64,000 nt of DNA from Amoebophrya sp. A120 (taxonomy: Eukaryota > Protista > Dinoflagellata), in assembly GCA_905178155.1 (NCBI GenBank), contig CAJINV010000003.1, forward strand, positions 9,927,979 through 9,991,978. Reading direction: 5' to 3'. This document shows positions 11,201 through 22,308 of this stretch, one piece after another. The first letter of the stretch is position 1. The number at the start of each line of letters is the position of its first letter. Made by a program: the position numbers and the translations under genes. A model generated the notes under the pieces. That model was not told where the DNA came from. It worked only from the letters and a program-made list of their open reading frames with translations, and did not search any database.

Positions 11201-12226
11201 GTTACGCAGCCGGAAACGGTTGCACTGCCGGACGAGTATTGATTTGCTTTAAATCAATACTAAAGCGCAGCGCTGCATTCCAAATTTGCAAAGCAGCATG
11301 GCAAATTCGCAATGCAAGTCCAGCAATGCGACTCCGCATGGCAGATTTGCAATGCTGCATTACAAATTTGCAATGCAGCGCTGCAAATTTACAATGCAAG
11401 GCCAGACGGCGGGCGGCGATCCCGTGCGAACTTGCAGCACAAAGCGGCCCTCGGGCTGATTTGTGTTGAATGTTCGGGCGGGATCTAGGTTTGCACTTGG
11501 GGGGCGCGTTGTATCTGTTCCTTGGCTCTTGTAGGCTCCGGATCCAAGGCATTTCCGACTTTTACTCGGAAATGCCTTCGATCCGGCACCTAAAAGCGCA
11601 GCACTACCTGGCTCTTTTGGGTGCCGGATTGCGAGGCATTTCCGAGTTTCCTCGGGAATACCTTGCCGCCCGGCACCTAAAAGAGCCGGGAGATGTTCTC
11701 CCAAAAGAGCCTCCAGAGCCAAAAGCTCCTCCGGAAGCAGGTTGCCAATTTGCAATGCGCAAATCGACTCTGCGACGCAATTTGAAGCCCCGGAACGCGG
11801 GAAGGGGGAAGGGCGCGATCCCGTGTGGGCTTGCAGTACAAATCGGCCTCCGGGAGGCAGATTTGTGCCGCAGGCTCACACGGGATCGGAAACTTTCCTT
11901 GTGGATCTGGCGACTTCCTGTTCCCAATTTGCGCTGCAGGATGGCCACTTGCGACGAAAGTGGCATCCTGCAGTGCAAATTGCAGACGCCCAGGAGAGAG
12001 CCGTCGCGAGTCCATTTGCAGTGCGATCTTGCACTGCAAATCGACTCGCCCCGCGGAAGCCCGGCCGAAACGGATAACTTTTTTCAGAAATGCAAAACGT
12101 CGGACTTCATGGTGTCCGACGTTTCGAATTTCTGAAAAAAGTTATTCGTTTCAGCCGGGCATTCCGTTTTTCGCGTCTTCGCCTTGATTTCAAGGCGATT
12201 CGTTTCAGTCTTCCGTTTCACCCCTG
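8235..12226. mobile_element. Non-coding palindrome-rich composite repeat element (unit 1); left boundary approximate
   Basis: Dense hairpins and multiple AGTATTG...CAATACT sites; ends in TTCGTTTCAGTCTTCCGTTTCACCCCTG (12199-12226), the same terminus as at 14305-14332 and 17372-17399. Confidence 0.55.
10521..11470 (+). repeat. Three tandem ~270-400-bp units built on TTGCAATGCAGCATTGCAA palindromes
   Basis: Each unit starts CAACTGGT(C/T)ACGCAGCCGGAAACGGTTGC, carries one 27-bp site and ends GATCCCGTGCGAACTTGCAGCAC...CGGGCTGATTTGTGT; unit 2 has an internal duplication. Confidence 0.85.
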
Positions 12227-12234
12227 TGCCAGAC

Positions 12235-14332
12235 CTGCCAACCGTTTTATTCGGAAGGCGAAAAAGCGCGCAAAACGCCTCCCCTTGCGCGCGCCATACC
12301 GTCGGGGCTAAAGTTCTACGGCGGAAACCGGGCGCCCAACTTCTTGCGCTCTTGCGTGCAGCCTGAAAGGCCGCGCTGCTTCCCGGTCTCCCGGCGTGCT
12401 CCAAAGCTGGAAGAGCTGGAAGCCCCGGGCCCGCAACTTCTGAAAGCGAAAGAACGGGCCGCCGCGCCCTTCGTGTTTTCTTCGCTTGCCGGCAAGGGGG
12501 GCCGGCGCTTTCCAGCTTCGCCCGCTTCGGGAGCTAGCAGGCGGGCTCCTTCAGAAAAATTGAAAAAAAATCTGGTGGCCAACTGGGGGCGCGCCTTTAG
12601 AGCGGGCGGGGCGTAATAGTATTGAACTGGGGTAAATCAATACTATTTAAGGCCCGGCGGGCCGGCGCTTTTACCAATCGCCGCCCGCCCCCGGGCAGGG
12701 AGGCTGCCTGGCGTCCCCTGCGGCGCCGCGTTCTTTTGGGTTTGCCTGTTCAGCAGCCCGAGCGGGCCAGCGGGCTGCTTGGGACAGTTCCCGGGGGCTT
12801 CGCCTGGGGCAGCGGGGCGAGCCTGCGGCGCCTTTGCAGGCTTGGCAAAGTTTGGGGGCTCTCGGCTCTGCGCCCTCCCCCCGCGCCCCCGTTGAACCCG
12901 CGACGGGAACCGTTCGCAGGCCGCCAAAGCCCGCAGGCGGCGCGCCACGAAGCCAGCCCGCCCCCGGCCGGGGCCGCAGTGCCTTGCTGGCGCCAGCTGC
13001 AGCCTTGCGGGCCAATTCGGCGCTGCCAGTTTCGCGCACGCCCCCCGCGCCCCCATTGAATCCGCGGCCAAGACCGCTCGCAAACCCCAAAAGCATCCCG
13101 GGGCGCGCCACCGAGCCAGGCGCGAGCGCACTCCCGAGACCATTTTGCGGATTCAACGGGGGGCGCGGGGGGGCGCCGCCGCCCCGTCTTCTCAGGCGCC
13201 TGGCCTTTGTCGGTGCGCGCGCGCATTCGTTGCGCGGGGCTGCCTATGCCGGAAAGTTCTCGCCGCAAAGCGCCGGCCCCGCCCCGACTTGGATGCAGTT
13301 TGCCGGCTTGCCGCGCGCAGACTCGCAATTTGCAATACGCAAGTTGGCAATTTGCAATGCGGAGACTGCCGGCCCGCAGTGCGCAGGCTGGCAACTTGCA
13401 GCGCGGGGCTTGCCAGTTTGCAACGCGCAGCTTGGCGATTTGCAATGCGGAAGCTGCCTCCTTGCAATGCGTAGGCTGGCAATGCGCAAGTTGCCAGTTT
13501 GCAATGCGCAAGTTGGCAATTTGTAATGCGCGAGTTGCCAGTTTGCAATGCGCAAGCTGGCAATTTGCAGTGCGCAAGCTGCCTGCTTGCAATACGCAAG
13601 CTGGCAACTTGCAGTGCGCAAATTGCCAGTTTGCAACGCGGAGGCTGGCAACTTGCCTCAGCCGCCTCAAGGGTGTCGGACCTCGGGCGAGTTTGCATTG
13701 CAAATTGCAGTGCAAATTCGTCCCGATTTGTCATGCAAACTGGCCACGGGGGGCTAGTTTGCCTCTCCGGCCCCCCGGCTGCTTCGGATCTGGCAAAATA
13801 CAAATTGGCCTTCGGGGTAGAAGGCCAATTTGTATTGCAAATCCGACCGAAATCTGGCGTCGGAGCTCCGCCTTCCCACGCGGAAGGCGTTGCAAAGGTG
13901 CAGCTTGGCCTCCTGGAGGCTAAGGTGCACCTTTGCCCTCCGCGCGTGGGGCGGGATCAGGTGGTTCTTTTAGGTGCCGGATCGAAGACGTTTCCGAGTT
14001 TTTCCTCGGAAACGCCTTCGATCCGGCCCCTAAAAGAACCACCAGTTGTTTCACCAAAAGAACCAGTGGTTCCCACAGTACTGTGGGAACCAATGGTTCC
14101 TTTGGGGAAACAACTGGTGGTTCTTTTGGTGGTCTGGCCACCAAAAGAACGCAGCACTTTTCCGTCCGGAATTCGAGAATTATTTCTCGAATTCCGGACG
14201 GAAAAGTGCGCGAGGGTGTGAAAAACGAAAATTTTTTATTCGTTTCAGCCCAGGACGCGCTTTGAGCGCGTCCATTTTCCGCTCTCCGCGGTTTCCGCAC
14301 CTGATTCGTTTCAGTCTTCCGTTTCACCCCTG
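12235..14332 (+). repeat. ~2.1-kb direct repeat, copy A
   Basis: Colinear with 15336-17399 from CCGTTTTATTCGGAAG to TTCAC(C/T)CCTG; contains a 27-bp site, a ~22-bp TTTGCAATGCGCAAGTTGGCAA satellite (~13300-13740) and a terminal hairpin cluster. Confidence 0.9.
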
Positions 14333-15038
14333 TTTGCCACTCTGTGTTGCGGTAGAGTATAAAACGATAGACGATTCGTTTTCTACCTTGTTGCTGTATT
14401 CAAAAGACAAAAACTGCTGCAATCTCCACCCTGTCGAAGCAGATGACCTTCGGCATGGTATTGCAAAAATTCGCTCGAAAACGTCTCTGATGAACCATCA
14501 ACAGAAGAAACCCGTCGGGTTGTCTGAGTTGATGGCTGTGCAGAACATCACAGACCGGGCACTTTTTTTGACCTGCTTCTATTTCGCCCTTCGAAGAAAT
14601 GAAGCGCAGTTACTCAATACAAGCATTGTCCTCACGTTCACAGATGATTTCATCACTGCAGATTTCCGCAAAGCTATAGCCGAAAATAAAACTAAATCTT
14701 CTACCATTAGCGGGGTCAGTGTAAAGCGTACTTGCAGCCAAGACCGCGCTACGTGCTTACACGCGTACAAACCTTATCTAGAGCAACTCAATGCGAAAAT
14801 CTGTCCCGACTATGCCGCAGCGTTTCGGCATCATTTTGCCGATAGTGAGACCAATACTCACTCCCTGCGCATCGGCGCAGTGCTCCACATGAGGGCAAAC
14901 GGGTGCCCTCCAGAAAATATCACTTGGCATTGCCGTTGGAGCACTCCACACATGTATATTTTGTATACGCGTCTTTCTGGTCTTTATCCCGTGTCCGGCA
15001 AGTTTGCCGATATTAAATTTTTCGCTACCGCGTCCTGA
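14333..15038 (+). pseudogene. Tyrosine recombinase (DIRS/Ngaro-like YR), 5'-truncated, catalytic domain intact
   Basis: 3' part of ORF 14046..15038: FALRRNEA (Arg), ENKTKS (Lys), THSLRIG (HxxR), CRWST (Trp), ILYTR (Tyr). Aligns by eye with the YR at 20856 from AVEYKTIDD/ASGYKTFDD onward; the upstream part of the ORF is repeat-derived. Confidence 0.85.
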
Positions 15039-15335
15039 ATCCAATGACAAAGCCAAAATCTGTACAGTTTGCGAAGCTGATTTTGAATTGCATACTACCG
15101 AGAAAGCCGAGCCTATCCGATCACTCGGAGAGATTTTCTTCGTGTTCTGTCCTTAGACACAGGTCTCTACCTGAAAAGATCGGCTGTCGACCCATCCTCC
15201 CACCCCGCTTACCTTCCCTCGGGGCTCACGTCCAGTGGACGCTTGCGGGAGGGCCGCCGACAGACGCCAAATGGGCTCGCTTCTTGGATTGGATAACTAA
15301 AGAAGAATAAAAGTTCTTCTTTGTTTAGTTTTGGG

Positions 15336-17399
15336 CTGTCGGCCGTTTTATTCGGAAGCCGGCAAATCGTGCAAAACGCGCCCCCTTGCGCACACCGTGC
15401 CGCCTGGGTTAAAGTTTTACGGCGGAAAGCGGGCGGCGCCACGCTTGCGCTTTTCCGTGCAGCCTGAAAGGCCGCGACGCTTCCTGTTCCCCCAGCTTGC
15501 TCCAAAGCTGGAAGAACTGAAAGCCTATGGGCCCGCAACTTTGAAAAGCGAAAGAACGGGCTGCCGCGCCCTTCTTCTTTTCTTCGCTTGCCAGCCTGGG
15601 GGGCCGGCGCCTCCCAACCTCGCCAGCTTTGGAAGCTAGCAGGCAGGGAAGGCGGGCTCCTTTAGAAAAATTGAAAAAAATTAGCTGGCAAACTGGGGGC
15701 GCGGTGGAAACGGGCGGGGCGTAAGAGTATTGAGCTGATGCAAATCAATACTAGCCAAGGCCCGGCTGGCCGGCGCTTTTGCCAATCGCCGCCCGCCCGC
15801 GGGCTAGGGGGCGTCGCTGCATGGTGAGCCTGCCTGGCGTCCCCTGCGGCGCCGCGTTCTTCTGGGCTTGCCTGTTCAGCAGCCCGGGCGGGCCGGCGGG
15901 GCGCTAGGGATAGTGCCCGGGGGCTTCGTCTGGGGCAGCTTGGCGAGCCTACGGCGCCTCTGCAGGCTTGGCAGGATTTGGGGCGTCCCGGCTCTGCGCC
16001 CTCCCCCCGCGCCCCCTTTGAGTCCGCGACGAAAACCGCCCGCGGGCCGCCATAGTCTACAGGCGGCCCGCCAAGAAGCCAACCCGCGCCCGGCCGGGGC
16101 CGCAGCGCCTTGCTAGCGCTAGCTGCAGCTTTGCGGGCCAGTTGGGCGCTGCCAGTTTCGCGCACGCCCCCCGCGCCCCCATTGAATCCGCGGCCCAGAC
16201 CGCTCGCAAACCCCAAAAGCATCCCGGGGCGCGCCACAGAGCCAGCCGCGAGCGCACTCCCGAGACCATTTTGCGGGTTCAACGGGGGGCGCGGGCGGGG
16301 CGCCGCCGCCCCGTCTTCGCAGGCGCCTGGCCTTTGTCGGTGCGCGCGCGCATTCGTTGCGCGGGGCTGCCTATTCCGGAAAGTTCTCGCCGCAAAGCCC
16401 CGGCCCCGCCCCGACTCGGATGCAGTTTGCCAGCTTGCCGCGCGCAGACTCGCAATGTGCAATGCGCAAGCTGGCAATTTGCAACGCGTAGACTGCCGGC
16501 TCGCACTGCGCAGGCTGGCAACTTGCAGCGCGGGGCTCGTCAGTTTGCAATGCGCAGGTTGGCAATTTGCAGCGCGGAAGCTGCCTCCTTGCAATGCGCA
16601 GGCTGGCAATGCGCAAATTGCCAGTTTGCGATGCGCAGGTTGGCAATTTGCGACCGAGTTGCCAGCTTGCAATGCGCAAGCTGGCAATTTGCAGTGCGCA
16701 AGCTGCCTGCTTGCAATACGCAAGCTGGCAACTTGCAGTGCGCAAGTTGCCAGTTTGCAATGCGGAAGCTGGCAACTTGCCTCAGCCGCCTCAAGGGTAT
16801 CGGACCTCGGGCGAGTTTGCATTGCAAACAAATCCGTGCCGATTTGTCCTGCAAACTGGCCACGGGGGGCTAGTTTGCCTCTCCGGCCCCCCGGCTGCTT
16901 CGGATCTGGTAAGATACAAATTGGCCTTCGGGGTAGAAGGCCCATTTGTATTGCAAACTCGACCGAAATCTGGCGTCGGAGCTCCGGCTTCCCACGCGGA
17001 AGGCGTTGCAAAGGTGCAGCTTGGCCTCCTGGAGGCTAAGGTGCCACGCGGAAGACGTTTCCGAGTTTTTCCTCGGAAACGCCTTCGATCCGGCCCCTAA
17101 AAGAGCCACCAGTTGTTTCACCAAAAGAGCCCGTGGTTCCCACAGTACTGCGGGAGCCAGTGGCTCCTTTGGGGAAACAACTGGTGGCGCTTTTGGTGGT
17201 CTGGCCACCAAAAGAGCGCAGCACTTTTCCGTCCGGAATTCGCGAACTATTTCTCGAATTCCGGACGGAAAAGTGCGCGAGGGTGTGAAAAACGAAAACT
17301 TTTTATTCGTTTCAGCCCAGGACGCGCTTCGAGCGCGTCCATTTTTCGCCCTCGTCGTTCTCCCCACCTGTTTCGTTTCAGTCTTCCGCTTCACTCCTG
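15336..17399 (+). repeat. ~2.1-kb direct repeat, copy B
   Basis: Diverged colinear copy of 12235-14332 with the same right terminus. Confidence 0.9.
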
Positions 17400-20047
17400 G
17401 AAGTGAAAGTCGAAAGCAATTACCTGCGCCTGTCTGCATCCGAAGGCAAAAGGTTTTTCACTACTTTCATCGACTGGAGTGCAACTGAGCGCCACGACCG
17501 AAGAGGCCTGCGCTGAGAGAAAAGCAAAGTCACGCTGATTTTTCATTTGCACAGATTGCGCGTTCCCTAGAAATGTCTCTCGTGGTGTTCTTATCTTTCC
17601 GTCTCCGTGCAGTCCTGCTGTTCTATGTAGTTCTTCTCATAGTTCCAGTGATTGAATATGCTGCGACGTCGCGATGATCTCTCTCCTGTGTACAGGCCAA
17701 AAGACGAGAAAAAGAATCTGTCAAAGCGTGCCGCTGCTGCGCGAAAGTCGAAAATGCAGTAACCGCGGTAGTGCGTCTGTAGCAAGATGAAATTAACGAG
17801 GAAGATGTGATATGCGACACGCTACCACCTTTTCATGAGCAGTGCGCGAAAGCGGATATCAACACGTTTCCGAGGTAGTCACCCGATCCACGCAAGAGGA
17901 TCACGGTATGAGCGACTGATCGCGTTTGCAGTGCGTGTGTATTTTCGTAGACAAGCTGACACTCTTAAACCGAAGATGTTTTGGTACTGACCGGGGTTTA
18001 TACGGCGAGCGGGTCTGTGTGCGATTGGAGTCTGTCCAATAAAGTGGATCGCAGCCGCGTTGCCACACCCCAAGTAGGGCACTTCAGGGAAGCAGTGGAG
18101 ATTTTCGTCGCGAGGCCGGTATGTTTTATGTCGTGTCGTTCTTACGCGCCACAATGGCAAAAGAATGAATCAAGTCACTGGAATCAAGTTAATGTTAAAC
18201 GAAGAATCGAGTTGAACTAAAACAAGTTAGTCATGGATCCAAGTAAGGCGGAATGAATTGTGTGAGAACTTGGAGGCAATGGTTATGGAATCAAGGCGCT
18301 GTAGCAAAGCTCCGCGCCCAGTGTCTCTCCATATCCCGCCGCTCTCTGTATATCTCTCTCTACCTCTTTCTCTCCGTGCTCTTGTATCATCTTCTTGCTC
18401 TTCCGTAATTCCCATGACCTATGGGGCGGCGTTCGATGTCCTTGCAGTTGAGAAATAATCGCGGATGATAATGCGGAGGTTATTGGTTATGTTTCCCTCC
18501 CGGGGGCTTTTTCACTTTGTACGGGGGGGAGCTGCTTGCGCATGAGGTTACGCTTTGACTTGCACGACCCTCAAGCGCGCGTGCTCAGAGTCCGTCGCTT
18601 TCAGGCGCCCGGAAGTCAATTCCAACAGACCCAGATCCTTCATCATCAATTCGAAGACTTGGGAGGACCGCGGAAGGCTTTACCTCCAGCACCCTCCCCG
18701 GTTCTTTCATATCCGCGACTCTATGACCTTTCACCTCTTGGCCCTGCGAAAGCCTAGCTTTGGGAACACCGGGAGCTCTCACGTACGAGATTACTGGGGC
18801 TTTGCGAGGTGCAAGCGCAAGGCCCACCGAGCACGCGCGGCGACCGCCGTTCGGGATGGTTGCCTTGGCGCGCGCCGACTTAGTCACCTGCATTTGCCGC
18901 GCGATCCGATACGCGCCGCGGTTTGGCGCCGAAGTATGTCGGTAGAGGCCTTTGGTCATCTGTCATATTTTCGCTGGGGCCGGCTGCCATCTCGTGCCAG
19001 TTTGCGGAGGTCCTTTGCGCCACGCGAGCTGCCGACCAGCCGCCGTGCGCAAGGCAAGCTACGAGCGTCGTAAGTGGTCTAGCGCATGGGCTTGCGCCCT
19101 TCAAGTAAATCATGCGTGGCCCCTTTCAGTCTCTATCTCGAGACCACGGCGATGGCTTGCATTTCTGCGCTTCGCACCTTACCCCCGCAAAAGCCAGAAA
19201 AGTAGCTGCACTCACCGAGTGCGTCGGTTTCGCGAGTGTGCGTCTTTGCTGAACTTCGACACGCCCTTTCACGAGCGAGCGCGGGGGCTTCCCGGGGAGT
19301 TAAGTACTTTGGACCCTGCAGGAGCGGAAATATGCACAGTGCAGGCCTCACAGCGTCACTGTCTCGACATTTGACAGGATGATGCTGTCATTTGACAACA
19401 GCGTCACTGTCTCTTTATACAGGATAGATGATGATGATGATACCCGATGATACAGACGCCACCACCAAAGCCGTCGCATATGTCTTTCCGCTATAGGAGC
19501 CGGCCCCGCTACGCAGATGCTAGGAGAAAGCTTTACACTGGGCGAATCTGCTAGCTGCCCAGCCCATCACGAAGTAACGGCTTTGCATGCGCTACGCATA
19601 ATTCAGCGCCCGTTCGTGTTGAGAACATAACGCGAGAAAGTGGCGTTTCTTTGGATCACAGACACTGGCGCTGTGAAAAAATATTCATTGACGCTGAAAG
19701 TATTGCATTGAGTGACCAGCCAGAGTCTAGTTATTGACGTTTTCTAGCTCTGTTTTATAATTTTGAATGGCGGGGCCGGGAGTACAATGGGAAGACTAAC
19801 GTTCCCAATTCTGGACGGCCGCCAACGCTCTTGGATGAAAGTGCTTCAGGTACTGATGTTTTATTTATAGAAGTCGGAATATGGACGAAGTTGCATCACT
19901 TACTCCTCAGAGCGGCGGAAAAGTGCTGCTTGCTGTTTCGTGTGCTAGATCTTTCTTCTGGCTGATAGATACGTCCTCCACACACAAGAAAAAGAGCATG
20001 AGCTTGATGCTCTCCACCACGTTGCTCAAAATGTATTTTGGGAAGAT

Positions 20048-20213
20048 AAATGTATGCCCGGGCAACAACAGGCTAGCGAGCCTGTGAGTCTAGGCTGGGG
20101 GTGGTCGGGCGGTATTTTATAGGTGGCTCCGCCCCCACCAGTCTCTATACGGTAGCCGGAACTTGAGAAGACTCGTCAGAACAGCCCGCCGACTTTCGGG
20201 GTGGGATTTTGTT
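20048..20213 (+). repeat. Split direct repeat A1
   Basis: Identical by eye to 23633-23798. Confidence 0.95.
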
Positions 20214-20855
20214 CTTCTTCTCTTGTTCCCAGGGAGTAACGCCCCTGCCGTTGGTAGTAAGTCTCGTATCGTGGCTGGTCTGCAATGCGGACCAGTCTTT
20301 CGGCTCGTATCCGCATGTCGGATAGTACTCTCGTTTCGGCCACCATTGAGTGGAAATTTGTCTCGTTATTGTCTTCGCTTTGGCGACGGCGATTTTTCTC
20401 GGATATAATCGCTTTGTCACTACGTTGGCCTTGGGGACAACAGGTGGATTTCTCGGTCTCGCTCTGCGATGGGAGGAGGGGTCGTTTGGCGCTGGCGGTT
20501 CGAACCCGTTACCCTTGCGAACTTTCTCCCTGGTTAGAGCTTCGGCATATTTTTGAAGTTGCACCAGTGCAATTTGTCTTTGGCCCTCTTCTCCTATCGC
20601 TCTGCGAGACCGAGACTCGTCTGATCTGAATTGTGAAGCTCCGCGACTGCGTTTTGCAGTAAGCTCTTTGGAATCGCTATAGTAGAACCAAGCCTTACAG
20701 TCTTGGATTGGTCTGTATTTCCATTCTCGTTTTCCCTCTCCTTTCCACGAAACAGGGCACATGGGCACCGAGTCCTTTTATTTCTCAACCTTCGTATTTT
20801 GTCTTGTCTGGATGTAGTCTGGTATTCATATTTTGGCTAGGTTTCCGCTCTGGAA

Positions 20856-21908
20856 ATGTTTCATGTTTTTAAGAACTTTCAGAAACTGAGTAGGGAAATC
20901 AAGAGTCATGACCCCCCTCCGCGGGCGGAGCGGCAGCGCAGCGAGGTAGATAGGGTTGCGCGAGCTTTAGATGGCTCCACAGGGGGCGCATCTTCTACCT
21001 TCTCCTTTCCAGCTTCGTGTGAGTCTCGTAAAGCAAGAACCTCCGCGCAGATGAAAACTGCCTGCAGATTGGCTTCGGATCCTGCTGCGCTTTCGCAGTG
21101 TGTTAGGCTGTTGGGCGAGCTTACATCTTTGGCTTCGAGTAGTACGACGAAGTCGCAAGTTTTGAAGTATGAAAGAATTACCCGCTCCAGTGGGGCGGAG
21201 CCCTGGCCGGTTACTTACCGGACTATCGAGAACTTCATCGCCGTGGCCCTCGCCTCGGGCTACAAAACGTTTGACGATGATACCAGCCTGATTTTGAAGC
21301 AGGCGCGCAAGCAGGGCCAATTTTCGTTGACTGAAGTGGAGGAAGGGTTTGTTTGGTCATTGCTTGCGAGCCTTCGGCGGAAGGGTGTGTTCACTCACAC
21401 CCAGAAGTCCCCGGTCTTCAGATCGCACATCTTGAAAATCCCTTGGGCAGAGGATCGGGCGCAGCTCATGCTTGCTTTTCTTTTCGGGTTGCGGAAGTCG
21501 GAAGCGGCGCAGATTAATAGAACCATCAAGATTTTGTGGGGGCAGCATTCGATCGGGTTAGACCTCCGCGGGGCAACATTGAAGTCGAACAGCACTGCTG
21601 CCATTCGTGTCCAGTGTACGTGCGCCAGCCCTTTGGGCCGTGCTTCCTGTCTTCATGCCTATCGCGGGTATCTGGACAAAGTTGTGGGGATCAATGTCGA
21701 GCGTTTGCTCGATAAGTACAAGATGGAGACTACTACTCAGTCCTTGAGGATAGGAGTGCTGCTCACGCTTCTATCGCAGCAGTGCACTACTCTGCAGGTG
21801 ACTACCCGCCTTCGGTGGGGGTCGCCTGTTATGGTGCTACATTACGCACGCTGTAAAGGATTGCACGAAGTACCTAAAGAAGACACTTCGTGTCCGATCG
21901 CGCAGTAA
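20856..21908 (+). CDS. Tyrosine recombinase/integrase, 350 aa
   Basis: FGLRKSEA (Arg), TLKSN (Lys), TQSLRIG (HxxR with H>Q), LRWGS (Trp), LHYAR (Tyr); N-terminal core-binding-like segment KYERIT...PWPVTYRTIENFIA typical of DIRS-group YRs. Confidence 0.9.
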   Translation: MFHVFKNFQKLSREIKSHDPPPRAERQRSEVDRVARALDGSTGGASSTFSFPASCESRKARTSAQMKTACRLASDPAALSQCVRLLGELTSLASSSTTKSQVLKYERITRSSGAEPWPVTYRTIENFIAVALASGYKTFDDDTSLILKQARKQGQFSLTEVEEGFVWSLLASLRRKGVFTHTQKSPVFRSHILKIPWAEDRAQLMLAFLFGLRKSEAAQINRTIKILWGQHSIGLDLRGATLKSNSTAAIRVQCTCASPLGRASCLHAYRGYLDKVVGINVERLLDKYKMETTTQSLRIGVLLTLLSQQCTTLQVTTRLRWGSPVMVLHYARCKGLHEVPKEDTSCPIAQ

Positions 21909-22308
21909 ATCTCGCGGAAAAATCTCGCTGGTCCTGCAGATTTTTGGTCCTTGATGTGCACAAATTGGCTGGCTCTCTGTGGGAAAATGCTCCGCCCTGT
22001 TCTCCGCCTCAAATTCTTGGCTCTTGTTCCTGATCTTCAAATTTAGCACTCGTTCTTACTCGCCCTTGGTCTACATTTGGGAGCAGTACTCGCGTGAGAA
22101 AATGGCTGATGGCGCGGATCGGCTTCTTCGGCTTGCCTCGGTAGGCTTTTCGTTGTAATGCTTTTGCTTGGTTGTGATTTTTCCAATTCGCACAGGGATA
22201 GTCGACAGATCCGCACTTCGGATTTGTTATTTTTCTTTCTGGCAGCACACTAGTATCTACTTTTGCTTTCTGTAGGGTTAGGCTTCTTACTACTTCTTTT
22301 GGAACACA

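Larger units (their letters stand above)
8711..15752. promoter_or_regulatory. Family of 27-bp palindromic sites AGTATTGA-N11-TCAATACT (putative recombinase or dimeric-protein binding sites)
   Basis: Fixed 27-bp copies at 9384, 9753, 10325, 10561, 10833, 11235, 12618 and 15726; degenerate copy at 9239; expanded 51-bp version with 22-bp arms at 8711-8761. Confidence 0.7.

Noticed and set aside
8235-17399. Many overlapping 100-450-aa ORFs (LQICNAA/CKLA repeats)
   Set aside because: Open in several frames on both strands because of stop-poor palindromic satellites; no protein features apart from the YR segment.
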